The notes beneath the pieces are model-generated. The model ran no database searches, was not told the DNA's origin, and saw only the letters and a program-made list of their open reading frames with translations. A program made the translations under genes and the position numbers. DNA of 64,000 nt from Leptogorgia sarmentosa (lineage: Eukaryota), in assembly GCA_964658305.1 (NCBI GenBank), contig OZ210885.1, positions 24,242,001-24,306,000 of the forward strand, given 5' to 3'. Each line of letters begins with the position of its first letter. Positions within the stretch are counted from its first letter, which is position 1. Below are positions 11,790 to 24,879 of the stretch, piece after piece.

Positions 11790-13385
11790 CCACTGTCCTT
11801 ACCAGTCATCTACCGTTATTTCCTGTCATCTACTGTCATACACTGTCATCTACTGTCATCTACTGTCATTCACTGTCATTCACTGTCATTCACTTTCATT
11901 CACTGTAATCTACCGTCATTCACCGTCATTCACTGTAATCTACCGTCATTCACTGTAATCTACCGTCATTCACCGTAATCTACTGTCATCCACTGTGATT
12001 CACTGTAATCTACCGTCATTCACTGTAATCTACTGTCATTCACTGTAATCTACCGTCATTCACTGTAATCTACCGTCATTCACTGTCATTGACCGTCATT
12101 CACTGTCATTCACTGTAATCTACCGTAATTCACCGTAATCTAGTGTCATTCACCGTCATTCACTGTAATCTACCATCTTTCACCGTAATCTACTGTCATT
12201 CACTGTAATCTACCGTCATTCACTGTCATTGACCGTCATTCACTGTCATTCACTGTAATCTACCGTCATTCACCGTAATCTACTGTCATTCACCGTAATT
12301 CACCGTCATTCACTGTCATTCACTGCAATCCACCGTCATTCACTGTCCTTTACCGTCATTCACTGTCATTCACTGTAATCTACCGTAATTCACTGTAATC
12401 TACCGTCATTCACCGTCATTGACCGTCATTCACTGTAATCTACCGTCATTCACTGTAATCTACCGTCATTCACCGTAATCTACTGTTATTCACCGTCATT
12501 CACCGTCATTCACTGTAATCTACCGTCATTCACCGTAATCTACTGTCATTCACCGTAATCTACTGTCATTCACCGTAATTCACCGTCATTCACTGTCATT
12601 CACCGTAATTCACCGTCATTCACTGTCATTCACTGCAATCTACCGTCATTCACTGTCATTGACCGTCATTCACTGTCATTCACTGTAATCTACCGTCATT
12701 CACTGTAATCTACCGTCATTCACTGTCATTGACCGTCATTCACTGTCATTCACTGTAATCTACCGTCATTCACTGTAATCTACCGTCATTTACTGTCATT
12801 GACCGTCATTCACTGTAATCTACCGTCATTCACCGTAATCTAGTGTCATTCACCGTCATTCACTGTAATCTACCGTCATTCACCGTAATCTACTGTCATT
12901 CACCGTCATTCACTGTAATTCACTGCAATCTACCGTCATTCACTGTCATTCACCGTCATTCACTGTCATTCACTGTAATCTACCGTCATTCACTGTAATC
13001 TACCGTCATTCACCGTAATCTACTGTCATTCACCGTAATCTACTGTCATTCACCGTCATTCACTGTAATCTACCGTCATTCACTGTAATCTACCGTCATT
13101 CACCGTAATCTACTGTCATTCACCGTAATTCACCGTCATTCACTGTCATTCACTGCAATCTACCGTCATTCACCGTCATTGACCGTCATTCACTGTAATC
13201 TACCGTCATTCTCTGTAATCTACCGTCATTCACTGTCATTGACCGTAATCTACTGTCATTCACCGTCATTGACCGTCATTCACTGTCATTCACTGTAATC
13301 TACCGTCATTCACCGTAATCTACTGTCATTCACTGTCATTTACTGTAATCTACCGTCATCCACTGTCATCTACTGTCATTTACTG
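11790..13385 (+). repeat. 10-bp satellite array (CACTGTCATT/TACCGTCATT/CACTGTAATC variants), left arm
   Basis: Directly visible 10-bp periodicity. Confidence 0.98.
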
Positions 13386-13702
13386 TACTTGGTTCTACCA
13401 ACCAATTACTGTCAAGGTATGTATCCGGGTATTTCTCTGAGTGTTGTATGTCGTGAATATTATTGAAATATCAAATACTTGTATTTTGATAATCTGGTCA
13501 TCATGAGTCATATGTTTAATTTTGTGTTGACTACAATTATATTTCAAGTTTTTTTGCTGTTGAGTAGCGGTGAAGCCATTAATGTTTCAGGCTACACTAA
13601 AGAGAAAATTGCTAAAGCCATCGAATTGTTCGTAAAGGGTGACCGTTTTGAAACATTGATAATTCGTGAATATCCATCTTCCTACTCGCAGGATTAAGTT
13701 CC

Positions 13703-14160
13703 GTGCAGCAATTAAATGCCGATAATATCAGCAAGATGAAAGCAGTGATGTCTTCATCACTAGATTCTCGTCAATCAACATTTGAAGATCACGGATATTC
13801 CTCTGAGGATCAGCAAAAAAACACAACTGCTGTATTAATCGCACTTGATGGTTTAACCTTTTATGAAATGTATCGAGGTCTCGAGGAACTCGGCTACGCG
13901 CGATTTCTTTCAAAGACTAATCTCCCTAGCTCTATTGGTATTGGCATGCACTCTCACAGAAAATTAGCTAGTGTCAGTGCTAATAATGCCCATGATTTGA
14001 TTAGCACACCTGGATACGTTGATTATGTAGACAAAACTCTCGAAGGGCATCTCGAAGCTTTTGGTTTAGAACAAGTGGCTATTCCTGGTGACGGCAATTG
14101 TTTCTTTTCTGCCGTTGCTTTCCATTTGTCTTCATTATTAAGTTCACCTGGCACACCCAA
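13703..14160 (+). pseudogene. Fragment with OTU-like cysteine protease motif
   Basis: VAIPGDGNCFFSAVA matches the OTU catalytic Cys box; truncated before the His box. Confidence 0.55.
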
Positions 14161-15213
14161 CTCAATCTTTGCTACAAAAAAAATGCAACTGATTAGGGCC
14201 AAGTTTAAATTTGTATTTTATTTTCTCTCGCAGCAGCATATATATATGCACCCATCAATAATGCATCCTGTAAATTAGAGAATCGCAATACAAATTGATG
14301 GTGTTAACGGGCAATTCTACATCAAAACAATGTGAAAATGGGCCTTGCGGCAGAAACTTGCGCATAGATTTTGTTTTCATTGAATGAATTCCACAATTTG
14401 AGTTTCACAACTCCAGTAATTAAAGCTTACATTGGTTTGATTTGCAAATATTGTACACGTTTAATATGACTTACTGTGAAGGACCATTTTCGGAACTTGC
14501 GTTGAGGGGATCAACAACAGCGAGGTCGATCCCTAAAATATATCCTGTCACATTTCCATGGCCATCTCCGACATAGCCAGACACACACAAAGAAAAGTTG
14601 GTCACTTCTTCAAAGCCTCCTGGTTTTTCGAAACCAAGCGCCTTTCCAGGAGCATTGAGCGTCAGCCTATTTGGGTCAACTTGAACCACAATTTCTTCTT
14701 CTATAGCGTCCATTTTCGTCGTGAACTTAAAACACTCAACTTGAAACATGTGCTTCGAAGTTCGAAATGACGTTGATTTTTATACGTTGATTTTTATCAC
14801 GTGGTTATGACGTTTTTTGCATGATCCAATAGTAATCGACTAATTCATACAAATGACCCGGCCCGGAGGGTCGGCGTTAGATCATATAGAGTTAACGTAC
14901 CATGACGTCATGATTTTAATATAATATGGATGTATTTTTAGTATATATGTATTTTTATTGTCTTTTTGTCAAATCAATGAGTCGCGGGAGAAATTTTATA
15001 TCTAGATGCGTGCATTACGCTGTTATAATGCACGCTCATTAGCCAATCATGTTGCAGATTTTACCCTACTTATATTATAAATAGTATTAGTATTAGCTGT
15101 GAACTAGTTTTATATAGACTAAGATCCCAACCCAAACCCTAAATACTAACCCTGACCATAAAGGTCAGCAAACTATTGAGGAAAAAAAGTTTTAACTTGA
15201 ATTCGCCAACGCG

Positions 15214-15290
15214 AAAAGTGTCGCACCGGGGCTTGAACTCTAAAGCAGCAACGCGAGCACCGCGTGCCTAACCTCCTGAGCCCATTTCGA
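15214..15290 (-). ncRNA. tRNA-like / Pol III promoter module (tRNA-derived, not a canonical tRNA)
   Basis: Minus strand: A-box-like GGCTCAGGAGG, hairpin ACGCG-gtgct-CGCGT, B-box GAGTTCAAGCC, then TTTT. Confidence 0.45.
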
Positions 15291-15354
15291 GCTCGCTGAA
15301 AACTGTCGTCAAAAAACATTTTCAGAAAACTCCGCGAGAAAAAGAAAGAAAACT

Positions 15355-18300
15355 ACTGAATGACAGTAGATGACAGTGAATGACGGTAGATTACAGTAGA
15401 TTACAGTAGATTACAGTGAATGACGGTAGATGACAGTGAATGACAGTGCATGACAGTGAATGACAGTAGATTACAGTGAATCACAGTAGATGACAGTGAA
15501 TGACAGTGAATGACAGTGAATGACAGTGAATGACAGTAGATTACAGTGAATCACAGTAGATGACAGTGAATGACAGTAGATTACAGTGAATGACGGTAGA
15601 TTACATGAATCACAATAGATGACAGTGAATCACAGTAGATTACAGTGAATGACGGCACATTACAGTAGATTACAGTAGATTACAGTGAATGACAGTGAAT
15701 GACAGTAGATTACGGTGAGTGACGGTAGATTACAGTGAATGACGGTCAATGACGGTGTATGACAGTAGATGACAGTAGATTACAGTGAATGACGGTAGAT
15801 GACAGTGAATGACAGTGAATGACAGAAGATTACAGTGAATGACGGTAGATTACAGTAGATTACAGTGAATGACGGTAGATTACAGTGAATGACAGTGAAT
15901 GACGGTCAATGACAGTGAATGACGGTAGATTACAGTGAATGACAATGAATGACGGTGAATGACGGTGAATGACAGTAGATTACGGTGAATGACGGTAGAT
16001 TACAGTGAATGACGGTAGATTACAGTGAATGACAGTGAATGACGGTGAATGACGGTGAATGACAGTGAATGACGGTAGATTGCAGTGAATGACGGTGAAT
16101 TACGGTGAATGACAGTAGATTACGATGAATGACGGTAGATTACAGTGAATGACGGTGAATGACACTAGATTACGGTGAATGACGGTAGATTACAGTGAAT
16201 GACAGTGAATGACGGTCAATGACGGTCAATGACAGTGAATGACGGTAGATTACAGTGAATGACGGTAGATTACAGTGAATGACAGTGAATGACGGTCAAT
16301 GACGGTGAATGACAGTAGATTACGGTCAATGACAGTAGATTACAGTGAATGACGGTAGATTACAGTGAATGACAGTGAATGACGGTCAATGACGGTGAAT
16401 GACAGTAGATTACGGTGAATGACGGTAGATTACAGAGAATGACGGTAGATTACAGTGAATGACGGTCAATGACGGTGAATGACGGTAGATTGCAGTGAAT
16501 GACAGTGAATGACGGTGAATTACGGTGAATGACAGTAGATTACGGTGAATGACGGTAGATTACAGTGAATGACAGTGAATGACGGTCAATGACAGTAAAT
16601 GACGGTAGATTACAGTGAATGACAGTGAATGACGGTCAATGACAGTGAATGACGGTAGATTACAGTGAATGACGGTAGATTACAGTGAATGACAGTGAAT
16701 GACGGTCAATGACAGTGAATGACGGTAGATTGCAGTGAATGACAGTGAATGACGGTGAATTACGGTGAATTACGGTGAATAACAGTAGATTACGGTGAAT
16801 GACGGTAGATTACAGTGAATGACAGTGAATGACGGTCAATGACAGTAGATTACGGTGAATGACGGTAGATTACAGTGAATGACGGTAGATTACAGTGAAT
16901 GACGGTGAATGACGGTCAATGACAGTAGATTACGGTGAATGACGGTAGATTACAGTGAATGACGGTAGATTACAGTGAATGACGGTCAATGACGGTGAAT
17001 GACGGTAGATTGCAGTGAATGACAGTGAATGACGGTGAATTACGGTGAATGACAGTAGATTACGGTGAATGACGGTAGATTACAGTGAATGACAGTGAAT
17101 GACGGTCAATGACAGTGAATGACGGTAGATTACAGTGAATGACAGTGAATGACGGTGAATGACAGTAGATTACGGTGAATGACGGTAGATTACAGTGAAT
17201 GACGGTAGATTACAGTGAATGACAGTGAATGACGGTGAATGACGGTGAATAACAGTGAATGACGGTAGATTGCAGTGAATTACAGTGAATGACGGTGAAT
17301 GACAGTAGATTACGGTGAATGACGGTAGATTACAGTGAATGACGGTGAATGACACTAGATTACGGTGAATGACGGTAGATTACGGTGAATGACGGTAGAT
17401 TACAGTGAATGACAGTGAATGACGGTCAATGACGGTGAATGACAGTAGATTACGGTCAATGACAGTGAATGACGGTGAATTACGGTGAATGACAGTAGAT
17501 TACGGTGAATGACGGTAGATTACAGTGAATGACGGTCAATGACAGTAAATGACGGTAGATTACAGTGAATGACGGTAGATTACAGTGAATGACAGTGAAT
17601 GACGGTCAATGACAGTGAATGACGGTAGATTACAGTGAATGACAGTGAATGACGGTCAATGACAGTGAATGACGGTAGATTGCAGTGAATGACAGTGAAT
17701 AACAGTAGATTACGGTGAATGACGGTAGATTACAGTGAATGACAGTGAATGACGGTCAATGACAGTAGATTACGGTGAATGACGGTAGATTACAGTGAAT
17801 GACGGTAGATTACGGTGAATGACAGTGAATGACGGTAGATTGCAGTGAATGACAGTGAATGACGGTGAATTACGGTGAATGACAGTAGATTACGGTGAAT
17901 GACGGTAGATTACAGTGAATGACGGTAGATTACAGTGAATGACAGTGAATGACGGTCAATGACAGTGAATGACGGTAAATTACAGTGAATGACAGTGAAT
18001 GACGGTGAATGACGGTGAATGACAGTAGATTACGGTGAATGACGGTAGATTACACTGAATTACGGTAGATTACAGTGAATGACAGTGAATGACAGTGAAT
18101 GACGGTAGATTACAGTGAATGACAGTAGATTACAGTGAATGACGGTAGATTACAGTGAATGACAGTGAATGACAGTAGATTACGGTGAATGACGGTAGAT
18201 TACAGTGAATGACGGTGAATGACACTAGATTACGGTGAATGACGGTAGATTACGGTGAATGACGGTAGATTACAGTGAATGACAGTGAATGACGGTCAAT

Positions 18301-19170
18301 GACGGTGAATGACAGTAGATTACGGTCAATGACAGTGAATGACGGTGAATTACGGTGAATGACAGTAGATTACGGTGAATGACGGTAGATTACAGTGAAT
18401 GACGGTCAATGACAGTAAATGACGGTAGATTACAGTGAATGACGGTAGATTACAGTGAATGACAGTGAATGACGGTCAATGACAGTGAATGACGGTAGAT
18501 TACAGTGAATGACAGTGAATGACGGTCAATGACAGTGAATGACGGTAGATTGCAGTGAATGACAGTGAATAACAGTAGATTACGGTGAATGACGGTAGAT
18601 TACAGTGAATGACAGTGAATGACGGTCAATGACAGTAGATTACGGTGAATGACGGTAGATTACAGTGAATGACGGTAGATTACGGTGAATGACAGTGAAT
18701 GACGGTAGATTGCAGTGAATGACAGTGAATGACGGTGAATTACGGTGAATGACAGTAGATTACGGTGAATGACGGTAGATTACAGTGAATGACGGTAGAT
18801 TACAGTGAATGACAGTGAATGACGGTCAATGACAGTGAATGACGGTAAATTACAGTGAATGACAGTGAATGACGGTGAATGACGGTGAATGACAGTAGAT
18901 TACGGTGAATGACGGTAGATTACACTGAATTACGGTAGATTACAGTGAATGACAGTGAATGACAGTGAATGACGGTAGATTACAGTGAATGACAGTAGAT
19001 TACAGTGAATGACGGTAGATTACAGTGAATGACAGTGAATGACAGTAGATTACGGTGAATGACGGTAGATTACAGTGAATGACGGTAGATTACAGTGAAT
19101 GACGGTAGATTACAGTGAATGACGGTGAATGACGGTAGATTACAGTGAATGACAGTGAATGACAGTAGAT
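15355..19170 (-). repeat. 10-bp satellite array, right arm (reverse complement of left arm)
   Basis: GACAGTGAAT/GACGGTAGAT/TACAGTGAAT units. Confidence 0.98.
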
Positions 19171-20035
19171 GGATACTTAGGGTCTCTGCTATATATTGGT
19201 GTATGTAGAACATGGAATTATTACCAGTTGGGGTAATAGAAATGAAACCCTTTGTGGATATTATCTGATCACAGGTGATGACATTCCCATCATCACATAG
19301 GAGTAATCACCTGTGGTTACCAGGCAAACTAAAATGTTAGAATCTGCATCAATCCTATTTTTGAAATGACTAGTCATACCATTTGTGCAGTTATAAATTT
19401 TTCTCAAAATAAACCCTGATTTAGACTGAAAGGTCGTTTTCTAAACTTAAACTGATCAAGAATAACATTCGATCTTCAATGGGACAGAAACGTCTGAACT
19501 GCTGCAAAACCTTTCAGTTTCATCGCTGATGAACGATTTTGCAATGAAGAAATCGCGTAGGCACAACATTTACAGAGCATCATCTGACTAAATGGAGATA
19601 AACTCTAAAACTGCAGTGTAGTGGACAGTGCTTGTGTATAATAAATATGTACAGTAACGGTTACTATATCTAATTTGTGTTATATTCGTGTTAATTTTTA
19701 GCCATATGTACCCATGTTGACCGTTGACATTTTGTTATCCGTGTTCCTTTTGTTATTTAATACTGAAAATGAATATGGAAGACAAATTCAAGTTTATATT
19801 AGTCATAACAACGTACAAATAACAAATGGTTCTCCAGTTTAAAATTATAATGTGTGACAACAGTCACAACACTGTTTGCAATAGAGCAGCACATTTGATT
19901 GCAAATACTTACAGCATTGACTTTCTTGGCCAGGCTTTTCCCCCCATGCCATACATCGTTCTGGTGCACAACATTCTGGTACTTTTCTTCTCTTTCTATA
20001 TCATAGAAAAGAATCTAATTATCTGATGCATGTTG

Positions 20036-22153
20036 TCAATAATTAGATAAGATATGATTTATGACCACCAGACATGTTCCCACATAGGTCTGTCTATAAG
20101 CCAATGGACGACCACAATCTACTCTTCCACAAACACTCCCATGCACCGATTTGATCAATGCCATAAGAAAGTGTATAAAATGCACTTTTGCATACTTATG
20201 GCTTCTTGTGGGGTAACATCCTCCAAAGTAGAAATGTACTTTCCTGCTTCCACTTCCATCATCAGGTTCATGTCCATCATGCCCATTTATGGTGATGTTT
20301 AACATGTCATCACAGGATTCTTCAAAAGCAACATCTAGTCTAAAATGGCATTAATTCTGTATTATGTGTATGCCACAAACATAATGTTTAACTAATTGTT
20401 TTTGGTATATTTGATCATCTATGACAGTCACTATGTTCTTCAATGTGTTTTGGTTGCTGACCTTTTATAGAAGGCCCCTGGTTAATAGCTTTTCCTCTAA
20501 ATGCCAGAAACCAGAACACTGACAAAATTGCAGTTCACCAAATATTTGGCCTTTACAATTCAAGCTGCCTTCACATCACCACAGAGTTTTTACAATTGTG
20601 TCTAGATAGGATTTAAAGACAGTGACACTTACTGAGGAAGCTGTTGGAGAGTTGGTTCAGATAAGTCATCACCAGAGGCAACATCATCATCACTTTCTCC
20701 ACTTTCAGCAGACAAGGTCTCCTCATCAAATCTGATAAAACCATAAACATAATATAAAATATCAAATCACATATACAGGGTGTCTCAAAAAAAAGGTAAT
20801 CGAACTTTGGCATGCCATTGTGCGTTGATTACTGGGTGTATGAATGTGATTTTTGCATGGTCATAAAGATCAAGGTCTTAGCAGTTGAATGACATATTTG
20901 TTGTACGATATGGAAGAAAATCAGGCAAATGCGAGCGTGTTGAAAAATCTCGGTGAAAAACGTGTCATGATAACAAAGATTTTATCAGGATTATTAATAA
21001 TTATGCATAATCAGGTCGATTGTTGAAGGGAAGGTCGTCATCTTCGAGTCCCAGAGGGAGTTAATTTTGAATAAGTTTAGCTGCAATTCTCAGAGGTGAA
21101 AGAATGCGTTTTTCACCGAGATTTTTTCACTCGCATTTGCCTGATTTTCTTCCATATCGTACAACACATATGTCATTCAACTGCTAAGACCTTGATCTTT
21201 ATGACCATGCAAAAATCACGTTTGTACACCCAGTAATTAACGCACAATGGCATGCCAAAGTTGGATTACCTTTTTTCTGAGACACCCTGTATACTACACT
21301 AATAAACTATTGATTTTCCTACAAAATCAATGCCACAAAGTCTTGTCACAAAACATGTGGATTTGATATTATGACACAGTAATTTGACACATTAGACAAT
21401 GAAACACAAACCTCGAACTTGAAGACAATGTAATACTGTCTTGCTGTGACTCAATCAATCTTCGTTGTGTTGATAGTAATGGGGTGGAAGACATCCCAAG
21501 TTGAATCAAATGTAACTTCAGTTGATCTGAATAATATACAGAAACAAATGATGCATAAGTTATGGTTTTGTAAGCAAAAAATGTAAAGTAGAGCACGATT
21601 ATATGCTAAACAAACCTCATTTCTAACGTTCGTCGACTTGATCGTAGAGTCATACTATGTCGGGAGGCCGAGCTTGCCTCTGCAGAAGAATTAATAATAA
21701 ATAAAATTTACTGCATATATTAAAAAAAATACAATGAGATAAAACAAAAAACGTAAGCATTTGAGTGACACCTGATATTGGTGAACAAAACATTGCTTTT
21801 TGAGCACAATGGGGTTGATTGTTCTCCAGACAATGGCCACATTGTTATTCCTCCATTTGTCTGCGTTTCTTCATTGCTACAATCACAGAATATACAAGAC
21901 AAAGGGCATGAAAAATTAAAATCATAAAAGACAAACCTAGAGGTCCACTTCGTTACTTGATCGCTTACCTAAACGTGTTCCTTGCAGCATAAAAATTTAG
22001 AAGAAACTCTGCGACATTTTGGTCTGTTTAGAGGCCATGTTCACTCTTGATGCGTCTCTTTTACTTTTGTACCACTTTCAAGCCTCAGATCTGCTAGAAC
22101 TGATTTTGCTAGAAGGATTCTCGCATGAAGTTGATGCGCCGGAAACAGCCATC
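20036..22153 (-). pseudogene. Multi-exon transposase remnant, possibly Kolobok-like
   Basis: LIKSVHGSVCGRVDC...YVGTCLVV resembles the Cys-rich region of the Kolobok ORF at 57609; short exon-like blocks with splice signals. Confidence 0.35.
20776..21289. mobile_element. Tc1/mariner MITE with long (~170-200 bp) TIRs
   Basis: TA-CAGGGTGTCTCA...TGAGACACCCTG-TA; arms inverted over most of the length. Confidence 0.95.
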
Positions 22154-22330
22154 ACTCCAAGACAATGGCCGACCTAAGAGTGAAATACGGCAGCGCACAT
22201 ACAGTAGGTGCCACAAGGTAGGTTCCAGTTAGTATTAAGTAAATAATTTTTAATATATAAATTTTAATATTTTCAATATTGTAATCCGTCACACAACAAT
22301 TCGTAATTTTACTTTGAAATCAAATAAATA

Positions 22331-22440
22331 TCAGTATTTGGTGTGTCCTCCCTTCGCTTTTAAAATAGCTTGAACTCTTTTTGGCATGGATTTGACCAGA
22401 TTTTGAAGAGTCGATGGTTCAATACTATTCCAGCATTGCA
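22331..22440 (-). pseudogene. Tc1 transposase C-terminal fragment
   Basis: Manual translation QCWNSIEPSTLQNLVKSMPKRVQAILKAKGGHTKY*. Confidence 0.8.
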
Positions 22441-22572
22441 AAATTCACTGAAATCAGGAAAACATTCTGAAGTCCGACTACAAGATAAACTGGTGCACTA
22501 GAACAGTGGTAATTCATCTTGATTTGTAATTGTCAGCAAAATAATTATAACTATAACCTCTGTTTTCATGTT

Positions 22573-23935
22573 CATGTGTCGAGATCGAGCACTGTAGCTG
22601 ACCACTGTAGCACATTTGCACTGAGTGAAGCAAAAGACAAATGTTTCAGTAGTACTTGCGACCATACACACGATAACGTGTGTCCACAGTGTGAAGCCCT
22701 CGACAATGTGCTGGCCGATATTGAAGATATCTTCAATAAAGATACCATTGCCATTGCAGAGGATGAACTAGTGGATCTCCGGTACACCTGCCAGAAAGCG
22801 ACACAAGATGTCAAGTCATGGAAAGGGCACCAACTTCGAAGCATCACACAATATGAGTCTAGATTAGACATTCTGAGGCGGCTTGACCAGTCATCTGTGC
22901 TTATCACAAACGACTGGGCAATGACGTTTCTGCCTCAGAAGTACAGGGAATCACAGTCAGACTGGTTTGCAAAACGAGGGATCTCCTGGCACATCAGCCT
23001 GGTTGCGAGAATGTTATGGAGACACAAACCCCTGTGCACATAGTGGAGAACTGCACTCAAGATGCTTCAGTTGTGGTCAGGATCACGAGCATGTTTTGAA
23101 CAAACTCACCAATGCATACATGACCACATGCACGGCAGTTTAGGGATGCCATAATGTCATCGGGTGGTGTACTGGGCGTCAGGGCAGGTCTTTGTGACCC
23201 ACATGTAGAATGGGATGGTATCGGCCGCCAGAACAATTTCGAGTTCGGTGATGGAAAAATTACGGCATGGGAAGCCCATGGTGTAGGAATCGGCAGGGTA
23301 ATGCAAGAAAGCGACACTTGGGGTTAGTATATTATACTACAAAATCAGCAGTTACTAATGTTCAGTTACTACAATACAAAAAAGTTGCAAGTACGACAAT
23401 GAACCTTTTGGGAGGGCCGTTGTGTTTGAATAATATTCCAGTATGGCATATCGTGTTCACTTTGTGTGTTTCATTTGTTTTGGCATTATAGCTCAGCCCC
23501 TCCAGGATACATTTGACTCTCCATTTACACCTGGTGGTTTTGTTCGTAGTTCAGCCAAGATCAAGCGTAGTAATGAGACCGTATCCAGTTGCCCTTCACA
23601 ACAGAAAGAGAATATGGTGGATGGTCTGTTCCACTGCAGCAACGAAGGATGTGTGAAGTGTACCAGACTAATGCTGCCTTACAGAATCACTTGCAATTTT
23701 GGACCTGTGTGTGACCTCAGAGAAGAGAATGCCGCTCTCATGGACAGGCCAAAAAAGCTCTATCATGACAAGCTCATCGAAGGCACCAGCAGCACAGTAT
23801 CGGTGGAGGAGAACAAGAAACAACAACCATCAAAGGATCCTTTGACTGAAGGTTGGGCACTTAAGAGCATGCGAGCATCAAAGCGTTTCAACGAATCTCA
23901 ACGATCCTACTTGGATGCAAAATTTGCAATCGTAA
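22573..23935 (+). pseudogene. Sola3-like DDE transposase remnant (family assignment tentative)
   Basis: DHCSTFALS, DWAMTFLPQKYRESQSDWFAKRGISWH, GWALK..KRFNESQRSYL; paralogous to 34811-38240. Confidence 0.6.
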
Positions 23936-24879
23936 GGCACCTTACATAGCCTTGTTGTCACAAGCAGTCCAACAATGTAGTTGTCAAAAATAGATCGTTT
24001 TACTCAGCCATTTTATAACAACATTTCTTTGTACTAATATCAACTAGTTAAATGTATACTGGTTTGTTTTTGTTAAGTGACCTGAACAATGGATAGTTCA
24101 GATATATTTTTGCTAATTATCGCATTATTGGGTAGCTTCTCAACAAAACTTTTGAAAACACTCTAAACCCTGTGCTTGTACTCCTTCCAACCAAACATAG
24201 GAAAATTACTTTGTTATTTAATGGAACACTAGCACAAGCTGTCAGGTTTATACACTGACGAGGTCGTAATAAACATCTTTATCGTTAATCGGCATCCCAT
24301 ATACATAACTTGTAGTACAAAACAAAAAGTAAACCTTACGACTGTGTCCACCACTTTGGGTGACTGTGTAAGTAATTACATAACGTGTCGTTATTGTTGT
24401 TTACAATATTTAATTTTGCCAAACACTGAGTTTCACAAATTGCGGTACAAGTCTCAGCAACCTAAGCTGTGAATGACTGTACGGAATGTAGATGTAGCAA
24501 AGGAAAGAACCGAAATATTCTGAAGGATGTTGAACTGTCGCGCAGTAATTGATAATTACTTACAAAGTCTCAGGCCTTTATAGTTAGGTAAGAACTCATA
24601 TAATGTACATTTTCTTCGAATATTGATACTACAATTGACCACACTGAATTGTTTATGAATTATTTGAACTGTGGTTGTCGCTTTGTCCATTATTTCTACC
24701 AAGAAAATTATTTTTGAGCTATGCACTGTGTGTTTACAGCGAGTGCCATGTTTATCTGTATCGCGGTTATTTGTTGAATATAAACGCTATTGTTAAAAAA
24801 GCAGGGCCCTGTGTGCTTCATCTTTACAAAGAAAAGTCCAAGACTCGAAATGCAAATCAGGAAAAAATAAAACTCGGTC

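Larger units (their letters stand above)
11630..19225. mobile_element. Foldback-type element with ~57-bp perfect TIRs and inverted satellite arms
   Basis: GGTAATAATTCCATGTTCTAC...CCTAAGTATCCAT (11630-11686) is the reverse complement of 19169-19225; flanking direct repeat AGTTGG (11624-11629, 19226-19231). Confidence 0.85.

Noticed and set aside
15126..15158. Telomeric repeat
   Set aside because: Only a few degenerate CCCTAA-like units at an internal position
17170..17355. ORF inside the satellite
   Set aside because: Chance open frame in a 10-bp repeat
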